This document shows positions 46,653 through 54,595 of a stretch of DNA of 64,000 nt, piece after piece; position 1 is the stretch's first letter; each line of letters begins with the position of its first letter. The notes beneath the pieces are model-generated. The model was not told where the DNA came from. It did not search any database and saw only the letters and a list, made by a program, of their open reading frames with translations. The stretch covers positions 91,627 to 155,626 of the forward strand of contig JAFGFG010000009.1 in NCBI GenBank assembly GCA_016931255.1, given 5' to 3'. The position numbers and the translations under genes are program-made. The DNA is from Candidatus Aenigmatarchaeota archaeon (GTDB lineage: Archaea; Aenigmatarchaeota; Aenigmatarchaeia; QMZP01; JAFGSV01).

Positions 46653-47942
46653 CTACCTCGTCTTCTTTACCTTTGCCATGATGGCTTTCCTCTTTTTGTA
46701 TGCAATGACAACGACTATTATCATTGCTGCGTATATTCCGTACATGTAGTATCCGCTGTTGCTGTTCTGCCTGTATGAAGCTACCCCCGATGCCGTTGTC
46801 GTGCTTACGCTTCCGGTAAGTTCAACAGGCACGGTCTTCTCAAGCACGTGCCTTGCGCCTGTCGTGTCCGTGTATTCTATCAGCACCTCAAGCTCGTTGC
46901 CGTTGAAGCTTCTTGTCGTGTTCATGGCTGCGTCCATGTTCCTTGGGAATCTTGTCATGCTTTGGTTCATTCCAATGTCAGGAACTGCGAAATTCGAAGA
47001 ACTCACTGTGAACGACACTATGGTGTAGTCGCCCCTGTCGAGGTTTCCTATTATCGATGACGAGCTTCCGGATACTGTGAATTCATCCTGCTGGGGTATC
47101 CTCACGGTCACTGACAGTGCAGGGTTGTTTCCCACGTTGGAGACAGAGAGTGAAAGCTGTCCGTTGGAGCTTTCTGAGAATGTCACGTCAAAGTCAGTCT
47201 CGCCTCCGATGAAGATTCCTGCTTTCGTGTTCATTTCTCCTGTTCCTTCCGCTGTTTCGTATTCCAGGCTGAGATCGATCTGGTACAGTCCCGGGTCGGC
47301 GTTTATGTCAGCCACGACCTTGTACTCCAGCACAACGGACTCGCCCACATCCACATATGGGATGTACTTCGTGTCATCCGAATATACCGGCAGTATTGCC
47401 CCGTTCCCCTCGTTCCATGAGAATACCACGTTCTGGAGAGGGGAAGTCCCGACATTCGTGAGTGTGAATTTGAGAGGTGTCTCATTCCCTGGAACGAGTA
47501 TCGCCTTGTCTATATACAGTATCTGCGCGAACTCGCTTCCGCTCACGTCTATGTCGTAGCTTTCTGTTACCGACACTCCGTTGGGGTCGGTTCTCTTGAG
47601 CTCTATTTCATTTACACCTTTTATTGCATCCTTGTCGATCCTGACAGTATACTTCAGGTTAACCGCGTCAGAGCCTGTCTGATACGGCGAAAGGCTTACT
47701 GTCCTTACGTAGTCCTCGCCGGGGACCGACATGAAAGGATACGCCGGAACAAGCTCGAATTCGATGTTGTTCGCGGAATATCCCCCCGTGTTTTCGACCA
47801 TGAACCTGATATCGAGCATCTCTCCTGCTTTCGCAGGATCCGGATTCTGATTCAGAAGCGATACATCATATTCCGCCGCTGATACAGTCCCGATACCCAA
47901 AATCATCATGATCAGGCAAAAGGAAATTAATCCATTTTTCAT
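46653..47942 (-). CDS. secreted beta-rich (CARDB/DUF11-like) protein with C-terminal TM anchor, accessory component of the MacB-like ABC system
   Basis: Signal peptide, repeated V.V.N.G motifs (MVENTGGYSANN, VSNVGNNP), C-terminal TM plus KKRK. Sandwiched between the ATPase and permease genes with 4-nt overlaps. Confidence 0.6.
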   Translation of the reverse strand: MKNGLISFCLIMMILGIGTVSAAEYDVSLLNQNPDPAKAGEMLDIRFMVENTGGYSANNIEFELVPAYPFMSVPGEDYVRTVSLSPYQTGSDAVNLKYTVRIDKDAIKGVNEIELKRTDPNGVSVTESYDIDVSGSEFAQILYIDKAILVPGNETPLKFTLTNVGTSPLQNVVFSWNEGNGAILPVYSDDTKYIPYVDVGESVVLEYKVVADINADPGLYQIDLSLEYETAEGTGEMNTKAGIFIGGETDFDVTFSESSNGQLSLSVSNVGNNPALSVTVRIPQQDEFTVSGSSSSIIGNLDRGDYTIVSFTVSSSNFAVPDIGMNQSMTRFPRNMDAAMNTTRSFNGNELEVLIEYTDTTGARHVLEKTVPVELTGSVSTTTASGVASYRQNSNSGYYMYGIYAAMIIVVVIAYKKRKAIMAKVKKTR

Positions 47943-48679
47943 TTTTCATCCCTCCTATTTTTTGAGATATCATGCTTTTTGTTGGCAGTTGTCTTCTCGA
48001 TTTTACCGTCTTTCAGGTAGATTACCCTGTCAGCATATCTTATCATTCCAAGGTCATGCGTTACCACTATTACAGTCTTATTCTCCTCACTGTGCATCTT
48101 GCTGAGGAAGTCCATTATGAATTTCCCTACCTTGCTGTCAAGGTTTCCGGTGGGCTCGTCCGCGAGTATTATACCCGGATTGACTGCCAGTGATCTAGCA
48201 ATCGCCACTCTCTGCATCTGGCCACCCGACAGTTGCGAAGGGAGGTGAGTAATCCGGTCTTTCAGACCTATTATGTCCAGAAGTTCCATAGCTCTTTTTC
48301 TGGCGATGCTGTCGTCAACGTCCTGGAAAGCCAGCGGGAGCATCACATTATCGAGGGCGTTGAGTGTTGGTATGAGGTTGAACTGCTGGAATATGAACCC
48401 TATATTCTGGCCTCTCGTGATGGCGAGCTTCGATTCAGTCATACTCGCTATGTTTTCGTTGTCAAGCATTATTTTCCCTCTGGTGGGTATGTCAAGACAG
48501 CCAATCAGGTTCATCATCGTGCTCTTCCCGCTTCCGCTCGAGCCTGCTATCACTATGAATTCACCCCTGTTCACAACGAGGTTTATGCCCTGAAGCGCGG
48601 GAACCTCTACCTCACCCATCTGGTACACCTTCCACACGTCATCAAATGCTATTATCGGTTTTACCATTAGAAGAAACAT
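47939..48679 (-). CDS. ABC transporter ATP-binding protein (MacB/LolD/FtsE-like)
   Basis: Walker A GSSGSGKST, signature LSGGQMQRVAIARSL, Walker B ILADEPTGNLD. 246 aa. Confidence 0.88.
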   Translation of the reverse strand: MFLLMVKPIIAFDDVWKVYQMGEVEVPALQGINLVVNRGEFIVIAGSSGSGKSTMMNLIGCLDIPTRGKIMLDNENIASMTESKLAITRGQNIGFIFQQFNLIPTLNALDNVMLPLAFQDVDDSIARKRAMELLDIIGLKDRITHLPSQLSGGQMQRVAIARSLAVNPGIILADEPTGNLDSKVGKFIMDFLSKMHSEENKTVIVVTHDLGMIRYADRVIYLKDGKIEKTTANKKHDISKNRRDEK

Positions 48680-48776
48680 GCAGGAAACAGGTTATACCAT
48701 TTCCATGTAACGACCTGAAACAACTTTTTTAAGCATGAAACGTATTATTAACCATTCGTGTAACAAACTGTAACAG

Positions 48777-49310
48777 GTGTTTAATGTGGATAGGAAATAT
48801 GCTGCGCTCATGTTCATATGCTTTATAGTCGGTGGATTCTTTCTCATTAATTTCGCCACACAGATGTATGATTTCCTTTTCAGGTCAATTTCAATTGATG
48901 AAATGAATGTTTCCGCATTGCCTGACATGGGAGCCAACTTCAGCGGTATGAGGGATTTCAGGGCAGTCCAGTCAAGGCAGTTTCCGAGCACGTCTCCGAT
49001 AAATCTCATAGGCGGAATCGTGCTCATAATATCCGGGTACTCGATATGGCGTCTCGCTGGCGAGAAGGATAAGGAAATGCTAATAGACATGATTTCAGAG
49101 AAGCTACTCCTCCCTGAAGAGAAGCGGGTGATAGACGAGCTGAAGAGGTCCGGTGGGGAGACGACCCAGAAGGAGCTCTCCAACAGGACAGGAATACAGA
49201 AGGTAAAGCTTCACCGTCTTCTGGCGAGACTTGAGAAGAAGAAGATAGTACGCAGGTACCCTTACGGCATGACAAGGAAGGTCGTAATCGAAAGGAACGA
49301 TGGTAAATGA
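48777..49310 (+). CDS. membrane-anchored winged-helix transcriptional regulator (2 TM + C-terminal MarR-like wHTH)
   Basis: TMs FICFIVGGFFLINFATQMY and LIGGIVLIISGYSIW. C-terminal ELSNRTGIQKVKLHRLLARLEKKKIVRRYPYG is a typical wHTH recognition helix plus wing. Confidence 0.6.
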   Translation: MFNVDRKYAALMFICFIVGGFFLINFATQMYDFLFRSISIDEMNVSALPDMGANFSGMRDFRAVQSRQFPSTSPINLIGGIVLIISGYSIWRLAGEKDKEMLIDMISEKLLLPEEKRVIDELKRSGGETTQKELSNRTGIQKVKLHRLLARLEKKKIVRRYPYGMTRKVVIERNDGK

Positions 49311-49417
49311 AATGTCTTAAGTGCGGACATGCATGGAAGAGAACCAAATGGCAGGAATGTGTTACAGGTCTCTCGAAATGTCCTAAGTGCGGTTCAAGGC
49401 GCCTGCTCAGATACTGA
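49307..49417 (+). CDS. CPxCG-type zinc-ribbon micro-protein (36 aa), start overlaps stop of upstream regulator (ATGA)
   Basis: Manual translation gives MKCLKCGHAWKRTKWQECVTGLSKCPKCGSRRLLRY, carrying CxxCG and CPxCG knuckles. Below the ORF-track cutoff. Confidence 0.45.
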   Translation: MKCLKCGHAWKRTKWQECVTGLSKCPKCGSRRLLRY

Positions 49418-49461
49418 TTCCAAGGATATCAGGATTTAAAATTTACTTTCATTTTCTTCAT

Positions 49462-50352
49462 ATGTGGCCATTTTCAGTAGCTGATGCAAATCCGGTTCAG
49501 GACAAGGAATTCAATCTCGTCCTGAGTGCAGCCAAGGGACGTGGCGGCACCATTGCCCTTGCAAAGAAGCTTGAGAAGCACGGAGTCGACGTTCTCTTAC
49601 CAAATCCTAAAATTTATGCATGGGCCAGGGACGAATTCTTTTTTCAGGATGATGGCCATTATCTGAGCGTTCAGAAGGCATCCTCTCCCCCGGAAGCCTA
49701 TGGCCACGAAGCTTACCACGGGGGAAAAATACTGAAAGGAGATGGATTCTTGGTCGCATCGGATTCTGTTGGCAGGAAAAGAAGAAAGAAGACAGTCAGG
49801 AAGTTCGGATTCGATGAAGGATTCTTCTATGACATAGCGAAAGAGCTTAACGCTTTGAGTTCCATAAAGGTTTCCGGAAATGAGACTTTCTATGGGAGCA
49901 GCAGCTACAGGCACATAGACGCCATTTTCAATCTCGGCAACAGGAAAAAATCAATCTTCACGTATTCCCATCCGAAGCTTCTCGCAAAGGCAAAAGAGAT
50001 AAGAAATGACACAGGTTACGATATAGTTGACCTTCCGCTCAGTGATGCTGAATTCGCTTCCGTGGGTTTTGTCGAGATAGGAGACTCTATAGTCATGGAC
50101 TGTAGGGCGAAGGAGTCAGCAGGCATACTGAAGTCCATGGGATACAATATGATTACCACACCGAAACCTTTGACAGAAATTAACCAAAAAAACGGAAGCC
50201 TCCGATGCATCACAGCGGAACTCCCGGTTGACTTTGAAAAGCTTGAATTCTATAAGCCGGGAGAAGAACCCGAATACTCTTTTTCATCTTCAGATTTTAC
50301 AAATACGAAAGGGATGAAGCTGAAGTTCAAGGGCTACAGCACGCTTTTCTGA
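49462..50352 (+). CDS. pentein-fold (amidinotransferase/deiminase superfamily) enzyme
   Basis: SYRHIDAIFNLG matches the HLD-type motif. C-terminal NGSLRCITAE matches the GGxxC(M/I)T catalytic-Cys motif of the ADI/DDAH/agmatine-deiminase superfamily. ORF track starts at 49387. The internal Met at 49462 avoids overlap with the Zn-ribbon ORF. Confidence 0.5.
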   Translation: MWPFSVADANPVQDKEFNLVLSAAKGRGGTIALAKKLEKHGVDVLLPNPKIYAWARDEFFFQDDGHYLSVQKASSPPEAYGHEAYHGGKILKGDGFLVASDSVGRKRRKKTVRKFGFDEGFFYDIAKELNALSSIKVSGNETFYGSSSYRHIDAIFNLGNRKKSIFTYSHPKLLAKAKEIRNDTGYDIVDLPLSDAEFASVGFVEIGDSIVMDCRAKESAGILKSMGYNMITTPKPLTEINQKNGSLRCITAELPVDFEKLEFYKPGEEPEYSFSSSDFTNTKGMKLKFKGYSTLF

Positions 50353-50544
50353 TTACTTCAAGACAAAGACATCTTCTATCTTTGATTTCAGCGCTTTCGC
50401 CACGTCATGCGCCAGCTGGAGCGAGGGATTGTATTTACCCTTCTCCAGGAACACTATGGTCTCTCGCCTGACTTCCACTTTCTTTGCAAGGTCTTCCTGG
50501 GTAATGTGATACTTAGCCCTGAGTTCCTTTATCTTAGTCCTCAT
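50353..50544 (-). CDS. XRE-family helix-turn-helix transcriptional regulator (63 aa)
   Basis: [45 protein letters not shown] is a canonical Cro/C1 HTH. Confidence 0.8.
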   Translation of the reverse strand: MRTKIKELRAKYHITQEDLAKKVEVRRETIVFLEKGKYNPSLQLAHDVAKALKSKIEDVFVLK

Positions 50545-50556
50545 GAAGAAACTCCA

Positions 50557-50937
50557 TCACTCCATGACACCCTTCTTCATGAAGTATGCCCTGAAAATAA
50601 GGACACTTGCAATCATTGTCGTGAATATCATTGTTATCACCTGGCTGGCTGAAAGTGGCATCAATTCAATGTAGTCGAACCAGAACAGGAACGTGACCAC
50701 GAAAAGCGTTGTCATCCAAGACCATGATGCCGAGATGGCACTGACCTTCTTCGTCATCTCATCCTTTTTGTAATGTTCGGGATATTTCCTTCTTATCATC
50801 ATTATTGCTGCCATCGCAAGGACAATATTCATGGATACCATTATGCTCATCTGGTCAAACCTTCTCCACAGCAGCAGGCCTAGCATCACAGCTATCATCG
50901 CAACCTTCACCACGAGCCATTTCATTTCATCTTTCAT
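50557..50937 (-). CDS. small 4-TM membrane protein (DUF2178-like partner of the XRE regulator)
   Basis: 126 aa, four hydrophobic helices. Co-oriented and adjacent to the XRE HTH gene. Confidence 0.5.
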   Translation of the reverse strand: MKDEMKWLVVKVAMIAVMLGLLLWRRFDQMSIMVSMNIVLAMAAIMMIRRKYPEHYKKDEMTKKVSAISASWSWMTTLFVVTFLFWFDYIELMPLSASQVITMIFTTMIASVLIFRAYFMKKGVME

Positions 50938-51022
50938 GATATCACATGTTATATATTTCTAACATTATGTTATATATTTCTAACTTATTATATTTAAAGT
51001 TATCGGCTGATTATCTAATATT

Positions 51023-51655
51023 ATGGGCATGCGTCCGGCTACCGTTTTGCTGATTCTGTTTCTCGTAAGCGGTTGTTCAACAGTCCAGACGCCCAAGATG
51101 ACGGATGACGTTCCCGGATTCGAGAAGATAGTGTACGAGAAGGAGGGGGAGATTATAGACCCTGACCAGATACTCCCGGACAGCATGAGGCCGGGGATGG
51201 AATGGCTGAGGGAGAACACACCTTCTGATGCTGTGATAATGTCCTGGTGGGACTACGGCCATGCGATACGCGCATATGCAGAGAGGGAGCCTGTCGTGGA
51301 TGCTCCATCTAAAGAATCGCTGACTACTACCGTGGCGAAACATCTTGGGAAGGACCCCGATGAGATAGACTGCCCTGAATGCGTGGACCATGCGATGCTG
51401 CAGGAGATTGCGGAACTGCTTCTCACGGAGAGCGATGCCGGGGCAGTGGAAGTTATGGAGAAGTATGGAGCTTCTTATCTTTACGTCCATCACGACGATG
51501 AAGAGAAGTCCGTGGCGATGTTCATAGTTCTCGGTGAGGATGAGAGACCTCTGGAAAGCACTGTTATTGGTAAAGCTTTCACAGGCGAGCCTATGGAAGG
51601 ATTTGATTTTGCTTATGAAGACAGTGCATGCACTATATACAAGCTTTCATCATGA
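51023..51655 (+). CDS. lipoprotein homologous to the C-terminal periplasmic catalytic-site domain of oligosaccharyltransferase AglB/STT3 (WWDYG motif), no TM domain
   Basis: Lipobox-type signal (LLILFLVSGC). MEWLRENTPSDAVIMSWWDYGHAIRAY matches the STT3/AglB/PglB signature. Downstream MLQEI (MI-type motif) and EKYGASYLYV follow it. Only 210 aa. Confidence 0.55.
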   Translation: MGMRPATVLLILFLVSGCSTVQTPKMTDDVPGFEKIVYEKEGEIIDPDQILPDSMRPGMEWLRENTPSDAVIMSWWDYGHAIRAYAEREPVVDAPSKESLTTTVAKHLGKDPDEIDCPECVDHAMLQEIAELLLTESDAGAVEVMEKYGASYLYVHHDDEEKSVAMFIVLGEDERPLESTVIGKAFTGEPMEGFDFAYEDSACTIYKLSS

Positions 51656-51694
51656 CCGAAACAAATACCATCCATTTATTAAATTTATCAGCAA

Positions 51695-51967
51695 TTGCCT
51701 ATTATGAAATATTTTCTGGCTCTTGCGATGGTTCTCATCATGATACCTGCTGCAGCAATGGCTGATGTAGAGGTGAATTCGAGCATGACGCTTGATGGCA
51801 ATTATACACCACAGACAAACAGTGCCACTGCAATAGGCTATGTCAATGTAACAGTCGTAGAAGTTCCGGAGACCCCGATAACAGGTTTTTTCCTCACTCA
51901 GTTTGATTTCTCTAAATTCTCTGAGGAACTGTCTTCATTATTCTCTTCCTTCTTCTCGCTTTTCTGA
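51695..51967 (+). CDS. small secreted protein (90 aa) with signal peptide
   Basis: MKYFLALAMVLIMIPAAAMADV signal peptide. 3' end overlaps convergent ORF 51898..52338. Confidence 0.35.
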   Translation: MPIMKYFLALAMVLIMIPAAAMADVEVNSSMTLDGNYTPQTNSATAIGYVNVTVVEVPETPITGFFLTQFDFSKFSEELSSLFSSFFSLF

Positions 51968-52338
51968 GGTTCGTCCTTCTTGCCTTCTGACCTCCGTTTC
52001 TCCTCCAAGAATTCCTCGCTGTACTCTTTTTTAGGGTATACGGTTATGTGGGAGAATTTTGAAAGTATGAGGTACCTTATGTAAACACCTGTAAATCCTG
52101 CAACTGTGGAGGCTGCAATTATCATGAGGGGGTCTATGTCTGTCACACCTGTCAGGAATATCCACGGCATCAGCTGTATGATAAGTCCCATGGATGCCAC
52201 GGTTGTGAACAGAATCATGAAAATCGTGATGCCGCTGGATAGCATTCTCACCGCTATCCTGAACATGAATACTCTCAGCTTCGGTGTCAGAAGATACCTG
52301 TTTACTCTGCCCATTAGTGCCGCTTTTTTGCTTCCCAC
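51898..52338 (-). CDS. hypothetical membrane protein with charged N-terminal tail
   Basis: 146 aa, 3-4 hydrophobic helices. Overlaps previous ORF by 70 nt, so one of the two may be mis-called. Confidence 0.35.
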   Translation of the reverse strand: MGSKKAALMGRVNRYLLTPKLRVFMFRIAVRMLSSGITIFMILFTTVASMGLIIQLMPWIFLTGVTDIDPLMIIAASTVAGFTGVYIRYLILSKFSHITVYPKKEYSEEFLEEKRRSEGKKDEPQKSEKKEENNEDSSSENLEKSN

Positions 52339-52386
52339 GAATAGAATTGCAATTTCATATTAATAACACGTTTCCAAAACAGAATT

Positions 52387-53592
52387 ATGGGCACTAAGCT
52401 GTGGACAGAGAAGTACAGGCCGGTGAAAACCGAAGAAATTGCAGGCCAGCAGGCCGCTGTTTCCCAGGTCAATGATTTCCTCCGGTCATGGAGGCCCGGC
52501 ACAGGAATGATACTTTTCGGGGCTCCGGGAACAGGCAAAACACTTCTTGTAGGCCTTATTGCAGAGGAGAGAGGAGATTTCCTCCTTCAGATGGATGCAT
52601 CTGACAAGAGGACAGCCAGGGATGTTGAAGGAACACTCTCAGAGGCATCCAGGCAGCAGACCCTCTTCCACAAGGGAAAGATAATCCTTATGGACGAGGT
52701 TGACTCAATGAGCGGCAGGAGCGACCGCGGAGGCGCCGGAAGCATTGTAAAGATAATAAGGGAATCGAAGTTTCCCGTCTTCATATGCGTCAATGATATC
52801 AAGAAACCCAAGCTCAGGGAAATAAAGAAGGTATGCAAGCGCGTAAAAATGGACAGGCTTTCCAGAAGCGATATGAAGGATTTCCTGAGGAAGATTTCTG
52901 ATAAGGAAGGACTCGATGTTGATGACGAAGTGCTTAACGGGCTTGCGAGATGGTCTGACGGCGATGTGCGTTCAGTCCTTCTGGACCTTCAGATGCTTTC
53001 ACTCGACGGAAAGAAGATAACAGAGGAAAAATTACTCTCGCTTGGATTCAGGGAAAGGAAAAAGGAGCTTGAGGATGTTGTGGTGGGGCTCATGCGCAAT
53101 AAGTCAATAAACGCCAACAGGGCTTCCGTAAGAGCCGCTGATGTAGACCCTGACGAACTTTTCCTCTGGCTTGAGAGCAACATATACAAGACTTCTGCTG
53201 ATAAGAAATTCATAGCAGACGCCTACGAGAAGTTGTCAAAGGCTGACATGTTCCGCGGGCTGGTGCACAAGCAGCAGAACTGGAGATTCAAGTCCTATAT
53301 GATAGACGTGATGTCCGGCATAGCATCACTGAGGGACAGCGAGTTTATAAAACCCGAGATGCTCAGGACACCGGACAGGATAGTCATACTCGGAAGGACC
53401 AGATTCAGGCGGATGCTCATGGAACCGATAGTGCAGAAGATTGCTGAGAAGACACACTCCTCGATGAGAGCGGTGAACTTCGAATACATGCCTTATATGA
53501 TGTTTTTTGCCAGTAAAGGGCTCATATCACCCGAAGAGTTTGATTTCTCAGTGGAGGAGATGGATGCACTTAAAAAATACGGAAACATATGA
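52387..53592 (+). CDS. rfcL: replication factor C large subunit
   Basis: LWTEKYRP box, Walker A GAPGTGKT, Walker B ILMDEVD. 401 aa. Confidence 0.85.
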   Translation: MGTKLWTEKYRPVKTEEIAGQQAAVSQVNDFLRSWRPGTGMILFGAPGTGKTLLVGLIAEERGDFLLQMDASDKRTARDVEGTLSEASRQQTLFHKGKIILMDEVDSMSGRSDRGGAGSIVKIIRESKFPVFICVNDIKKPKLREIKKVCKRVKMDRLSRSDMKDFLRKISDKEGLDVDDEVLNGLARWSDGDVRSVLLDLQMLSLDGKKITEEKLLSLGFRERKKELEDVVVGLMRNKSINANRASVRAADVDPDELFLWLESNIYKTSADKKFIADAYEKLSKADMFRGLVHKQQNWRFKSYMIDVMSGIASLRDSEFIKPEMLRTPDRIVILGRTRFRRMLMEPIVQKIAEKTHSSMRAVNFEYMPYMMFFASKGLISPEEFDFSVEEMDALKKYGNI

Positions 53593-53603
53593 TGTTAATT
53601 CAG

Positions 53604-53618
53604 GGCCCGTAGCTCAGA
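53604..53618 (+). repeat. 15-nt near-identical copy (14/15) of the 5' end of the downstream tRNA-Arg(GCG)
   Basis: GGGCCCGTAGCTCAG at 53604-53618 versus GGGCCCGTGGCTCAG at 53666-53680. No T-arm or acceptor 3' half follows the first copy. Confidence 0.5.
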
Positions 53619-53665
53619 ACAATTTTGCAAAAAGCGTTCGCGGAAAATACGGTCCTGTAAAATAA

Positions 53666-53740
53666 GGGCCCGTGGCTCAGCTTGGATAGAGCGCTGGATT
53701 GCGGATCCAGAGGTCCGGGGTTCGAATCCCCGCGGGTCCG
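53666..53740 (+). tRNA. tRNA-Arg(GCG), intron-less
   Basis: Acceptor GGGCCCG pairs with CGGGTCC (one G-U). D-arm GCTC/AGCTTGGATA/GAGC. Anticodon arm CTGGA/TTGCGGA/TCCAG gives GCG. T-arm CGGGG/TTCGAAT/CCCCG. 75 nt. Confidence 0.85.
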
Positions 53741-53774
53741 TTCTTCTTAAAAAACTTTCTGCTATTTCTTTTTC

Positions 53775-54056
53775 ATGAGACCAATTACGAAGTTGCAGAG
53801 TGTTAGCGGAGAAAATGTCAGGATAGGCGACATAATAGAATTCACGTATAAGACCAGATTTCTGGGTTTTGAACTTAACCGTGATGTTGTTGGATATCTT
53901 GCTTCATTCAATGGTGAAAAGGAAACAATGCGTGTTACAAGAAACTACTGGAGCACTGATGAAGGGGAAGATGTATTCCCGGGTCTTGGAAAAAAATACA
54001 AAATGAAGAATGCCGAAAGTCTGAGAATAGTGGATAATTACGACGGCTCGCTTTGA
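53775..54056 (+). CDS. hypothetical protein (93 aa)
   Basis: Clean ORF with no motif recognised. Confidence 0.35.
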   Translation: MRPITKLQSVSGENVRIGDIIEFTYKTRFLGFELNRDVVGYLASFNGEKETMRVTRNYWSTDEGEDVFPGLGKKYKMKNAESLRIVDNYDGSL

Positions 54057-54111
54057 TTCCGCACAACATTTAAATACCTGTCTTCCATATTAAGTTAAAT
54101 TCGGTGAAAAC

Positions 54112-54276
54112 ATGGAACTCAGATGCACATCATGCGGAAAACTCGTGGAAGCAGAGAAGTACTGGATCAGGCTTAAATGCCCTGCATGCACTGACCAGGA
54201 GATAATCAGGTGCGAGAAGTGCAGAAGGCTTTCAGTGCAGTACAAATGTGCAAAGTGCGGTTTCGAGGGACCCTGA
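54112..54276 (+). CDS. Zn-ribbon protein of the COG2888 type (conserved upstream neighbour of aEF-1beta)
   Basis: Manual translation gives MELRCTSCGKLVEAEKYWIRLKCPACTDQEIIRCEKCRRLSVQYKCAKCGFEGP, four CxxC pairs. Position immediately upstream of EF-1beta. Below the ORF-track cutoff. Confidence 0.6.
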   Translation: MELRCTSCGKLVEAEKYWIRLKCPACTDQEIIRCEKCRRLSVQYKCAKCGFEGP

Positions 54277-54280
54277 TATC

Positions 54281-54532
54281 ATGGGTGACGTAATTCTTGT
54301 TTACAAGATTCTGCCTGCGGACACTTCAAAATTTGAAGCTCTCAAGGCCGGTCTTGAAGTCATCAAGCATCAGAGGCTTGAAGAAGAGCCAATAGGTTTT
54401 GGCGTGACAGCTATAAAGTTCACTGTAATCGTGCCGGATGAGGGCGGAAAGCAGGAAGAGCTCGAAGAGAAAATAGACGCAGTTGAAGGCGTCGGTGAAA
54501 GAGAGCTTATACACTTCTCAAGAAGCATGTAA
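54281..54532 (+). CDS. translation elongation factor aEF-1 beta
   Basis: MGDVILVYKILPADTSKFEALKAGLEVIKH...FGVTAIKFTVIVPDEGG matches the aEF-1beta guanine-nucleotide-exchange domain. Start set at the internal Met 54281; ORF track starts at 54248. Confidence 0.8.
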   Translation: MGDVILVYKILPADTSKFEALKAGLEVIKHQRLEEEPIGFGVTAIKFTVIVPDEGGKQEELEEKIDAVEGVGERELIHFSRSM

Positions 54533-54595
54533 GATTTTCTTTGATATCCAGATGCATAGCTTCCGCTATGCAGTTAAAAATAAAGAAACGAAGGC

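Noticed and set aside
53604-53740. Single tRNA with a long D-loop intron spanning 53604..53740
   Set aside because: The first 15-mer would duplicate, not replace, the acceptor/D-arm 5' half of the complete downstream tRNA. Kept instead as a partial duplicate repeat.
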